DNA from: a virus
Lineage: Duplodnaviria; Caudoviricetes
Length of the DNA stretch: 47,849 bases
IMG/VR virus record: IMGVR_UViG_3300008255_000178
Location: 1 to 47,849 of that record
Reading direction: 5' to 3' (one strand)
Each line of letters begins with the position of its first letter. Position 1 is the stretch's first letter. Positions 1-7,524 of this stretch are shown piece after piece. The notes beneath the pieces were generated by a model. It was not told the origin of the DNA. It was given only the letters and a program-made list of their open reading frames with translations, and did no database searches. Both the position numbers and the translations under genes were made by a program.

Positions 1-123
1 GCCAGCAGCGGGAGCCCATCAGTATCAACGCTGTCGTGAGCCATCACATACTTGTAGGCACACACGATGGCGGCGGTGACGGAATTAACCTTTCCCGCCT
101 TTGGGCTGCACACGACAAAGCAA
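1..123. repeat. Terminal 123-bp direct repeat (identical to 47727-47849); circular-assembly overlap
   Basis: Bases 1-123 (gccagcagcg...acaaagcaa) recur exactly at 47727-47849; the repeat lies inside queE. Confidence 0.95.
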
Positions 124-530
124 CGGTTCCGCTCGGTTATATCCTTTGAGCAGAACTCGGGGAAACCGATAGTGGGCGGGGGCAGTGTGCCGTTCGTTTC
201 AACCTGCACTGTGTAACCAGCTTCAAGCAGTTGCTTGACGAGGCGATGAATGTTTTGACGGAAGGGTTCTCCGCCCGTGATGACCACAAGTGAGGGCGCT
301 TTGCGCATCTCGCTGACGTACTGCACCAAGGAGGCGGGGCTAGAAGTCCAGCGGTCGGTCGTGTAGTCGGTGTCGCAGGCTGGACATTGCAGGTTACAAC
401 CAGCAAGCCGAATGAACACAGCGGGGTGACCAGTGAAAGGGCCTTCGCCCTGGATGGTGTCGAAGACCGAATGGACTTCGAGGGTGGATCCGTCGCTGTC
501 GCGACGCTTTTCGATTGGTTGAGTATTCAT
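1..530 (-). CDS. queE: 7-carboxy-7-deazaguanine synthase QueE (radical SAM), 5' part; continues across the junction to 47537 (about 239 aa total)
   Basis: Manual translation from ATG at 530 gives MNTQPIEK...FDTIQGEGPFTGHPAVFIRLAGCNLQCPACDT (CxxxCxxC)...VITGGEP...ETNG, in frame with ORF 47537..47839. Missing from the ORF track because it is split. Confidence 0.93.
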   Translation of the reverse strand, partial: MNTQPIEKRRDSDGSTLEVHSVFDTIQGEGPFTGHPAVFIRLAGCNLQCPACDTDYTTDRWTSSPASLVQYVSEMRKAPSLVVITGGEPFRQNIHRLVKQLLEAGYTVQVETNGTLPPPTIGFPEFCSKDITERNRCFVVCSPKAGKVNSVTAAIVCAYKYVMAHDSVDTDGLPLL

Positions 531-623
531 GCGAATCCCATAGGTTGCAGGCTTGCGCCTGGGAGGTAAGGGCGCCCACCCCGCATGGCACAGGGTGGGC
601 GGTGCGGCATTGTACCGCGGAGC

Positions 624-1157
624 TTACTCGGACGTCGCAGTCGGGAGGACGATGCGGCCGCTCAGGCCGTGGAACTTCTTCCAGCGAGCGTATTCGGTGC
701 GAATGTTGCTCGGGTTGAGACCGGCAGCGACACCGGCTTCCAGCAGGTTGGCGATCGGGACAGCTTGGCCCAGTTCTTGGGACAGGCGGTCAGCCAGGCC
801 CCACACTTGGCCGCACAGACCGTCAGGGCCCGGGCGACGGATGCCGTTCTGTTCAGGCTGGCGGTTGGCTTCCTTGGCAGCTTTGGCGTCGGCCTTCGCT
901 TGTTCCTTGGCAGCTTTGGCAGCTTCGCGCTCGGCCTTGGCGGCTTCCTTTGCGTCGAGCTTCGCCTGCTTGGCGGCTTCGCGTTCAGCTTTCTTGCCTT
1001 CCTTCTCAGCTTCCGCAGCAGCCTTCTTGGCTTCGCGTTCGGCTTGCTTGGCGGCTTTCGCTTCAGCAGCGGCAGCGGCCTTGGCTTCCTTCTCGGCTTG
1101 CTCTTGGGCCTTGGCCGCAGCTTCGGCGTCCAGTTGCTCTTGGGTCTTCTCGGACAT
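624..1157 (-). CDS. Hypothetical protein: Ala/Lys/Glu-rich coiled-coil N-terminus plus shared C-terminal helical domain (paralogue 1)
   Basis: AGGAG RBS; C-terminal NGIRRP..GLCGQVW...NPSNIRTEYARWKKFHG matches the ORFs at 1986 and 40150. Confidence 0.8.
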   Translation of the reverse strand: MSEKTQEQLDAEAAAKAQEQAEKEAKAAAAAEAKAAKQAEREAKKAAAEAEKEGKKAEREAAKQAKLDAKEAAKAEREAAKAAKEQAKADAKAAKEANRQPEQNGIRRPGPDGLCGQVWGLADRLSQELGQAVPIANLLEAGVAAGLNPSNIRTEYARWKKFHGLSGRIVLPTATSE

Positions 1158-1209
1158 GATTAACTCCTAAGGGTGGATATCGTGGAAACGTCTTGGTGAC
1201 GTGCTTCGC

Positions 1210-1238
1210 AGTTTATAAAAAGGGAAACGTGAGCGCAA
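1210..1238 (-). promoter_or_regulatory. Sigma70-like promoter TTGCGC-N17-TAAACT
   Basis: Intergenic, 17-nt spacer, same boxes as 14204-14232. Confidence 0.65.
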
Positions 1239-1244
1239 CTACTG

Positions 1245-1817
1245 TCAATTGTTCAGTCGAAGTTTCTGCCACTCGCCAAGTGCAGTCGAACTCGTTGTCT
1301 TCTTGATGTCATGGTTCGCTTCCAGTTCAGCCATGATGGTCTTACGCAACGGAAGGACGATGGAAACATCTTTCGGGGCACCAGCTTCGTTCCACATGCG
1401 GTCAGCCACCTCGAAGATGGTGGCGCGATTGCCGGAACGTGGGGCGCTCGGTGTTCTGGCCGGTGCAACGGTATTGGCGGCAGGGCGATCGCGGCCTGTG
1501 CCGGCCTGCACGGGCTCGGCTTCCTCGTTAAACAGCGCGGCAGTGTGCTTTGTAAGGGGCTTGCCGGTTGTCAGCAGGTAAAACAGATAAGAAATCAGGT
1601 TGTCTCGGTAATCGCTAACAGGACCAACAATGTTCCCCGCGTTACGGTACATGAGCGCAATCTCGAGGCGAGTGACCCGCAAACGATCGAGCGTCTTCCG
1701 AAACTGGTCTTGACCGTCAGATGACAGAACGATGTACCTGTCCTCAGTGTGGCCATCCTTGGGCTTGTCAAATAGCCCGTCCAGTTGCAGCGTCTCGCGA
1801 TCGAATACGAAATACAT
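1245..1817 (-). CDS. Hypothetical protein with a divergent copy of the shared C-terminal helical domain (possible paralogue 4)
   Basis: ATG at 1817 after AAGGA; C-terminal PRSGNRATIFEVADRMW...TTSSTALGEWQK loosely parallels the other paralogues. Confidence 0.7.
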   Translation of the reverse strand: MYFVFDRETLQLDGLFDKPKDGHTEDRYIVLSSDGQDQFRKTLDRLRVTRLEIALMYRNAGNIVGPVSDYRDNLISYLFYLLTTGKPLTKHTAALFNEEAEPVQAGTGRDRPAANTVAPARTPSAPRSGNRATIFEVADRMWNEAGAPKDVSIVLPLRKTIMAELEANHDIKKTTSSTALGEWQKLRLNN

Positions 1818-1818
1818 C

Positions 1819-1989
1819 TCAGTTCCTTTGTTTATAAATCCACACGTTGTTGGCGCAGCGATACACATCCCGCTCCGGAACCCACATGCGGCCAGCAGCC
1901 CGATCGGAGTCGGTGTGCTGATAGACGCAGTCCGTGGGCTTGCTGCAACCACACAGCGCCAGCAAGCCCAGGATCAGAAGGGTTCTCAT
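1819..1989 (-). CDS. Small predicted lipoprotein (56 aa)
   Basis: MRTLLILGLLALCGC signal peptide and lipobox; ATGA overlap with the upstream stop. Confidence 0.65.
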   Translation of the reverse strand: MRTLLILGLLALCGCSKPTDCVYQHTDSDRAAGRMWVPERDVYRCANNVWIYKQRN

Positions 1990-2594
1990 TTTGCTGCGCG
2001 ACCCTTGATGCCCATGAACTTGCGCCAGGCGTAGAATTCGCAGGACACATTCGTCCGGTTCCATCCGTTGGCGTCAGCAAGGTCAGCAAGGTCGCCCGCT
2101 TTGATCTCGGGGTTCTTGTCGAACTCGGCCCACACTGCGCCGCACACAGTTCCTTCGGACGGACGCTTCACACCGTTGCGCTCTTCACGTTCCTTCTGGA
2201 TGGTATAACCCTTGCGCGAGACGCGGGGCACAGCGGGAGCGGCAGGCTTCTCGGTACGGGTGCGAGCTTCACCCTTTTCCTTCGCTGCCTTAGCTTCGAC
2301 CCGCTTTCCATCGACCACACGGTAAGAGGTGCCGACTTGTGGGGTCGGTGCGGTGGGCGCAGCAGTAAGGCCGAACATCTGCGCGAGGGCGCTCCTTTGT
2401 GCGGGAGCGGCTTCCTCTTCTGCGGCAGGTTGTTCTTCGGCAGGCTCGGACTTGGCGTAATGTGCAACCAACGCGGCACGCATTCCGTCATTATTCAGTT
2501 TGCTGTACGACACACCAGCTTCGCGGCAGGCAGCGCGGAGTTCTTCCTTGCCCATTGCGTCGAACTTGGAGGCGGTGTTGGTGGTTGCAGTCAT
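1986..2594 (-). CDS. Hypothetical DNA-binding protein: N-terminal HeH/Rho-N-like motif plus shared C-terminal domain (paralogue 2)
   Basis: TAAGGAG RBS before ATG 2594; FDAMGKEELRAACREAGVSYSKL motif; C-terminal NGVKRP.EGTVCGAVW...GWNRTNVSCEFYAWRKFMG. Confidence 0.8.
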   Translation of the reverse strand: MTATTNTASKFDAMGKEELRAACREAGVSYSKLNNDGMRAALVAHYAKSEPAEEQPAAEEEAAPAQRSALAQMFGLTAAPTAPTPQVGTSYRVVDGKRVEAKAAKEKGEARTRTEKPAAPAVPRVSRKGYTIQKEREERNGVKRPSEGTVCGAVWAEFDKNPEIKAGDLADLADANGWNRTNVSCEFYAWRKFMGIKGRAAK

Positions 2595-2650
2595 TTCGTT
2601 TCTCCTTACGGTGGTTAAGATGTTTGCACTTGCGTTATGTGCATGACCGT

Positions 2651-2679
2651 AATGTAAGAGAGAATAATCAATCGCGCAA
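2651..2679 (-). promoter_or_regulatory. Sigma70-like promoter TTGCGC-N17-TACATT
   Basis: Intergenic, 17-nt spacer, AT-rich upstream. Confidence 0.65.
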
Positions 2680-2709
2680 GCCCCTTGAGCAAAATATTTT
2701 TGATGGAAG

Positions 2710-4407
2710 TCAGAACGGGATGTCGTCATCAAAGTCCGCAGCAACGGGGGCCGCTGTGCGGGGCGCTGCTGTGTCGGTCGTGGGCGGTGCTCCTGCTTCC
2801 TGCTGCCCGAACGCGGTTCCATCAAAACAGTGCGTCAGGATCTCGGGGTACTGTTTATTGACCCATATACGGAGGTGAGTTGCAGCGGTGAGCGTGTCCG
2901 CCACCATAAGTGCCTCCGCTGTGCTGGCGGGGAATGCTGCGCTGCTGCGCTCGCGCCACCATTGACGGGCCTTGCGCTGTGCGAACCCGTCATGCTGGAT
3001 GCAGACGTATTCGCTGAACGACCGGAGGCCACAATAGTACGTCACCTTCATCATAGGTGGGCGACCGGCCTTCTCGTGTGTTGCGTAGGTGATGTGATCA
3101 ACCTTGAACACCTCCACCAGCGGAGCCTCACCCCGCAACAGTTCGTCGCTGGCCGCAGTCTGCTTGATCTTGACCTGGAAAGTAAATTCTGCCCCGCAGT
3201 AGCAGCAGTGAGTCACGCTTGCGTGATTGTAGGTCGCACAGCTTCCGCACAGCTTGACAGGTGCTTCGCCACCAGCCTTGGCACCCTTCTTGCGAGGGAT
3301 GACAGGGTCGTTGATGGGGCCGAGCCGTCGGGTGTTACCTGCAAAGTCCAACACGAGGCAATTCTCTTTCCCTGTCCCCGGACTTGGGCGAGTGCCTCGA
3401 CCGAGCATCTGCACCCATAACACAGTCGAAGCGGTAGGCCGCAGAACGACGATCAGGTCAATGCCCGGGAAGTCGAAGCCTGTGGTCAGCACGTTGTTAT
3501 TCACTGCGGCGCGATACCTACCAGCCTTGAAGTCAAGAATGGCTTGGTCGCGCTGCGCATCGCCCATCTTGCTGTGGATGCCCACAGTTGGGATTCCCAT
3601 GTCGTTCAGCATGTCGGCAATGTTGCACGCATGTTCCACACCTGACGCAAAGATCAACCAGTGCTTCCGGTCGTGTGCCAGCTCGAGGGTCTCGCGAAGT
3701 GCAGCATGTGTGATCTCGTACTTATCGACCGCGTGCTGGAGCTCGGACTGCACGAATTCACCGCCCCGCATGTGAATTCCATCCGTGTCAAGCATTTGCT
3801 TCGTCTGGCGGGGCACCAACGGCGCAAGGAAGCCCTCGGCGATCAGTCGGTTGAATGCGTGCAGGCCGGTGATGTCGAAGCAGATGTCGGTGAAGATGCC
3901 GTCATCGGTAATGCGACCAGTTCCAAGACGCCACGGTGTTGCAGTCAGCCCCACGACCTTCAGGTAAGGATTGACCTCGCGCAGTGCGTTCAGGAATGCT
4001 TGGTACATCGTTTCGTCGTTGGGACTGACGAGGTGTGCTTCGTCAATAATGACGATGTCAATGTGATGGAACTGCGCTGCCTTCTTCGCGACCGAACCAA
4101 TTCCAGCGAACGTGATCCTGCGGTGCAAGTCGCGGCGGTTGAGCCCTGCGCTATAGACGCCCGCTGGTGCAGCAGGCCACAGCGTCATCAGCTTCTCGTA
4201 GTTCTGCTGAATCAGTTCCTTCACGTGCGTCAGTACCATTACCCGCTGATTCGGGAACTGGTAATAGATCGACTGCAAGAACATCGCAATGATCACGGAC
4301 TTACCTGTGCCGGTAGGCAGTGCCAGCACAGGGTTTCCGCTCTGCGCCGAGAAGTATTGATAGAGACTGCTGACCGCCTCTACTTGGTAGGAGCGCGGTT
4401 GAAGCAT
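2710..4407 (-). CDS. Superfamily 2 DNA helicase, RadD/YejH-like, with zinc finger and SSB-like acidic tail
   Basis: PTGTGKS, DEAH, TAT, LTTGFD and QMLGRGTR motifs; CxxC...CxxC; ends DFDDDIPF. Confidence 0.92.
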   Translation of the reverse strand: MLQPRSYQVEAVSSLYQYFSAQSGNPVLALPTGTGKSVIIAMFLQSIYYQFPNQRVMVLTHVKELIQQNYEKLMTLWPAAPAGVYSAGLNRRDLHRRITFAGIGSVAKKAAQFHHIDIVIIDEAHLVSPNDETMYQAFLNALREVNPYLKVVGLTATPWRLGTGRITDDGIFTDICFDITGLHAFNRLIAEGFLAPLVPRQTKQMLDTDGIHMRGGEFVQSELQHAVDKYEITHAALRETLELAHDRKHWLIFASGVEHACNIADMLNDMGIPTVGIHSKMGDAQRDQAILDFKAGRYRAAVNNNVLTTGFDFPGIDLIVVLRPTASTVLWVQMLGRGTRPSPGTGKENCLVLDFAGNTRRLGPINDPVIPRKKGAKAGGEAPVKLCGSCATYNHASVTHCCYCGAEFTFQVKIKQTAASDELLRGEAPLVEVFKVDHITYATHEKAGRPPMMKVTYYCGLRSFSEYVCIQHDGFAQRKARQWWRERSSAAFPASTAEALMVADTLTAATHLRIWVNKQYPEILTHCFDGTAFGQQEAGAPPTTDTAAPRTAAPVAADFDDDIPF

Positions 4408-5345
4408 CAGAACACCTCGTAATGATTGCAGGCAGCGAGTTGAGCTGCTTTGTCAAGCACAATCGGATCTTCCCATCCTTGCTGATCTGCTTCAACCCGC
4501 ACAGCGTCGCTCGTGCAGTACCAGTTCCCGTCCTCGCGTGCCTCGCTATGCTTGCACGTCCGGCAGTTGCGAGCCGGCGCAGCCTTGAGGTGACAGACAG
4601 GCTTGTGGTCACACCAGCTACACGCGAACCAGCCCGGTGACTCGCTGATGCGTGCAGGAGCTTCCTTCAGCAAGATGATCTGACGAGCGCGGTCGCTGAA
4701 CTGGTCTGCCGTTGCAGTGTCGAGCGTCACAATCTCGAAGTAGAAGTCATCGTCGTTCTTATTGACTGCACCGTACAGCGCAACGGGCAGGCCCATCTTT
4801 CGCATGTAGGTATTCATCTGGACATAGTGCTCGAACTTTGCAGCGCGAACGCCTTCCTTGACCAGCTTCTGGAACGACTTGTCGTTGTGAGTCTTGAACT
4901 CGAGGAGGCAAGGTGTGTTCGGTGGGAGATCGGGGATGCCGATAGCCACACCGTCGCCCGAGCCGCCAAAGTGCCCGCCGACGTCGCTGATGCGGAATTG
5001 TTTGCCGTTCTCGTCTTGCTGGTAGATTTGCACACCGATCGTCAGTAACGCAGCAATGAACCGACCTTCTTCAAGGTGCCCGCGGTTGAACAGGCGCAAG
5101 ATGCGTCCCTTGAACTTGGGAATGGTTGCCCAGCGGAACCCGTACCAGATAGCGCGACCGCATTCCCCGCCAATGACCGACGCCCCGAGGTGCGTGCGGA
5201 ACGGGTCGTCGTGCCCGCGGTATGCGTCACCAATGTGAGGGAGCACGCGCTGGAGGTGCTGGCGGTAGGCTGCGCCCTGGTCAGCTGTAATAGCGTCGTC
5301 AATTGCCTTGAGCGTCTTAACTGCTTTCTGAACTGTTCTCATCAT
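4407..5345 (-). CDS. Cas4/RecB-like PD-(D/E)XK exonuclease with Fe-S cysteines
   Basis: GASVIGGEC, GSGDG...LEFKT, QMNTYM, CSWC...C; start placed at MMRTVQK. Confidence 0.82.
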   Translation of the reverse strand: MMRTVQKAVKTLKAIDDAITADQGAAYRQHLQRVLPHIGDAYRGHDDPFRTHLGASVIGGECGRAIWYGFRWATIPKFKGRILRLFNRGHLEEGRFIAALLTIGVQIYQQDENGKQFRISDVGGHFGGSGDGVAIGIPDLPPNTPCLLEFKTHNDKSFQKLVKEGVRAAKFEHYVQMNTYMRKMGLPVALYGAVNKNDDDFYFEIVTLDTATADQFSDRARQIILLKEAPARISESPGWFACSWCDHKPVCHLKAAPARNCRTCKHSEAREDGNWYCTSDAVRVEADQQGWEDPIVLDKAAQLAACNHYEVF

Positions 5346-5748
5346 CAACCCTTTCAACGTGGATACCGGCGCGGCGCAGGAACTCGATCCCGTCCTCGTT
5401 GCGATACACGTCGCGATAGAATACTTCCTTGACCCTTGCGCCTTGGAGTCGCTTGGCGCATTCAATGCAAGGTGCGGTCGTTACAAACACGCTGGCGCCA
5501 ACGCTGCTCAACGTGCTTCGAATAATCTTATCCAGCGCGTTCTGTTCCGCGTGTATCACTTCTGGCAGTGTAGCGGAACCGTCCGGAACTTCACAACGGT
5601 TATCCCATCCACTAGGCGTCCCGTTGTATCCAGGAACGACAATATCGTCGATGACAATAACGCATCCAACCTGACGGCGCTGTGCATACGAAAGCCCCGC
5701 GTAGGCTTGCGCGACTTTCATATGCACCCGCTTGAATTTATCTTTCAT
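5317..5748 (-). CDS. dCMP deaminase
   Basis: VGCVIV, GYNG, HAEQNA and PCIEC zinc motifs. Confidence 0.92.
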   Translation of the reverse strand: MKDKFKRVHMKVAQAYAGLSYAQRRQVGCVIVIDDIVVPGYNGTPSGWDNRCEVPDGSATLPEVIHAEQNALDKIIRSTLSSVGASVFVTTAPCIECAKRLQGARVKEVFYRDVYRNEDGIEFLRRAGIHVERVDDENSSESS

Positions 5749-5936
5749 GGGAGTTTGTGCTTATCACGACACGGAGCACAGACGCCCTTCACCAGTCGCC
5801 CGCTCCACTCACCACACAAGTCGCATTCGCCGGGAACTCCTGCCGGTATCTTTGCGGCACGCTCACGCACTGCTGCGATCTCGGATGCTTCCAGGATTTC
5901 AGTTCTTACCTGACTGATATCAGCTTCGTCTGCCAT
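5745..5936 (-). CDS. DksA/TraR-type C4 zinc-finger protein
   Basis: MADEADI start; CDLC...CAPC. Confidence 0.75.
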   Translation of the reverse strand: MADEADISQVRTEILEASEIAAVRERAAKIPAGVPGECDLCGEWSGRLVKGVCAPCRDKHKLP

Positions 5937-5949
5937 TGTCTTCCCCTCA

Positions 5950-5981
5950 AAGTAAAAGGGCGCACCCTTTCGAGTGCGCCC
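5950..5981 (-). terminator. Intrinsic terminator after the SSB gene
   Basis: GGGCGCAC/GTGCGCCC stem followed by TTTTACTTT on the minus strand. Confidence 0.75.
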
Positions 5982-5992
5982 GTTGTGTCAGC

Positions 5993-6769
5993 TTACTGCT
6001 GCGGAGCTGCCCAGGGCGGGGTTGCTCCAGCGGCCGGAGCTGCTGCCTGCTGCATCCAGGGCGGAACAGCGCCAGCGGGTTGCGGTGCAGCTTGCGGAGC
6101 TGCCTGCGGTTGCGGTGCAGGCTGTGCGACAGGTTGCTGAACCGGAGCAGGTTGTGCCGGTTGCTGTGCCCACGGCTGCTGGGCTGCGGGCGGTTGCCAT
6201 GCGGGTGCAGCCGGGGCAGGGGCCGCAGCAGGCGGCGCAAACTGCTGGGCCGGTGCTACGGGGGCTGCTGCCGGTTGCTGTGCCCACGGTGCGGCCTGCG
6301 GGGCTGCTGCCGGTTGCTGTGCCCACGGTGCGCCACCCGGAGCAGCGCCACCAACAGGGCCATCAACTTGCTCGTTGATGTTCTTGAACGAGGTGATCTC
6401 GTTGCTTGCCTCGTAGTCACCGGAAGCAGCGCGAACCTTGACCTTGACCTTCAGCGGGCGACCGTGGAGCTGCTGGCTGTCCTGCACCTGCATCACGCCG
6501 ACCGCATGGCAAATCGCGCTCAGTTGCTTGTACGCGATTTCCTGTGCCACCGGATTGGCGTTCTTGAGGTTCAGGCCGGTGAAGACCTTGCGGTTCGCGT
6601 ACTGACCGTCGAGGATGGTGAAACGCAGCGACAGACGGAGACCGCCTTCAGCTTTGGTCGGCTTCATTTCCGACTCGTCGATCATCACGTTGTACCAGCC
6701 TGCCGGGACGGGATCTCCGCCACCAGTATCGGGAGCGACTTGGGTTGCGTCAAAATTCAGTTGTGCCAT
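5993..6769 (-). CDS. Single-stranded DNA-binding protein (DUF669-like) with Pro/Ala/Gln-rich PW-repeat tail
   Basis: PVPAGWYNVMI...EMKPTK...GQYANRKVF...L.GRPLKVKV OB-fold pattern; next to the AAA ATPase. Confidence 0.78.
   Translation of the reverse strand: MAQLNFDATQVAPDTGGGDPVPAGWYNVMIDESEMKPTKAEGGLRLSLRFTILDGQYANRKVFTGLNLKNANPVAQEIAYKQLSAICHAVGVMQVQDSQQLHGRPLKVKVKVRAASGDYEASNEITSFKNINEQVDGPVGGAAPGGAPWAQQPAAAPQAAPWAQQPAAAPVAPAQQFAPPAAAPAPAAPAWQPPAAQQPWAQQPAQPAPVQQPVAQPAPQPQAAPQAAPQPAGAVPPWMQQAAAPAAGATPPWAAPQQ
6261..6332. repeat. 33-bp direct repeat (period 39) encoding APWAQQPAAAP; partial third copy near 6155-6175
   Basis: ggggctgctgccggttgctgtgcccacggtgcg at 6261 and 6300. Confidence 0.85.
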
Positions 6770-6773
6770 GATT

Positions 6774-7454
6774 TCAAACTCCTAGGATTTTGTTGAAAAG
6801 TTGTGCCAGGTGAGGCGGTTCTACGGCAGCCAGGGCACCTGAGCGATCCTTGGCTTCGTATTGCATGTCAGGCTGAGTCTGGAGGAAGCGATAGGACTCA
6901 CCCTGCGGGGTCTTGTTGATACCGAGACGGAACACCTCGTCGAAGAAGTACGGCAGCTTCGAACCGAGCTTGCTGCCGGGCATGGCGGGACCGTACCTGA
7001 CCACACCTGTGAGCTCGTCCTTGCTAGGCTCCATCTTGGCGCTCATATAGACGTTCATTCCGGGGAGGTCGCGGTAGGCGCGGATCACGCTTTCCATCTT
7101 CTCGATCAGCTCACCATACGCTTGGCGCGGGTCTTTGACCTGCCGCTTTGCGTTGTTGAGCACAACCTCAGCCACCTCGGACAGACTGTCGATGCACACC
7201 GTCTGGAACTGCTTGGCTTCCGCGCTGCTGGAGAGCCACTGGTGAGCTTCGGTAAGGTCTTGAACTGTGGTAATCTCGATCATCGGGATACGCAGATTGC
7301 GAAGCGACAGCTCTCCGCCTTCCGCGCTGAGGATAATCGGGTTCGGTGCAGTTGAGCAAAGAACGGTCTTACCCATCCCCGCGCCACCATACACCAAAAC
7401 CTTGACCCCGTTCATCTGGGCAGCTTGGTCGGTAGTTGTGAATTTCAATGCCAT
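6774..7454 (-). CDS. AAA-family ATPase, Sak4-like ssDNA annealing protein
   Basis: YGGAGMGKT Walker A, VCIDSLSE Walker B, AKDRSG motif; paired with SSB. Confidence 0.8.
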   Translation of the reverse strand: MALKFTTTDQAAQMNGVKVLVYGGAGMGKTVLCSTAPNPIILSAEGGELSLRNLRIPMIEITTVQDLTEAHQWLSSSAEAKQFQTVCIDSLSEVAEVVLNNAKRQVKDPRQAYGELIEKMESVIRAYRDLPGMNVYMSAKMEPSKDELTGVVRYGPAMPGSKLGSKLPYFFDEVFRLGINKTPQGESYRFLQTQPDMQYEAKDRSGALAAVEPPHLAQLFNKILGV

Positions 7455-7524
7455 TTAGGCTCCTTGGTTATCTCGTATTGCTACGGTGAAAGCATTGTAG
7501 CAATTTCGCGGGGTTGTGTATTGA

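Noticed and set aside
1-123. Terminal repeat as physical direct terminal repeat of the virion DNA
   Set aside because: It falls mid-gene and has a length typical of assembler overlap; real termini cannot be read from sequence alone
531-623. Canonical preQ1 riboswitch upstream of queE
   Set aside because: No class I stem/loop with A-rich 3' tail recognisable; kept only as a generic structured leader
553-1170. Plus-strand ORFs 553-1170 and 585-1163, and a TolA or histone H1 call for 624-1157
   Set aside because: The plus-strand ORFs are antisense shadows of low-complexity sequence; the Ala/Lys similarity is compositional and there is no TM anchor
4407-5345. CRISPR-Cas system suggested by the Cas4-like nuclease
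   Set aside because: No cas1/cas2 and no repeat-spacer array seen; solo Cas4-like nucleases are common in phage recombination modules
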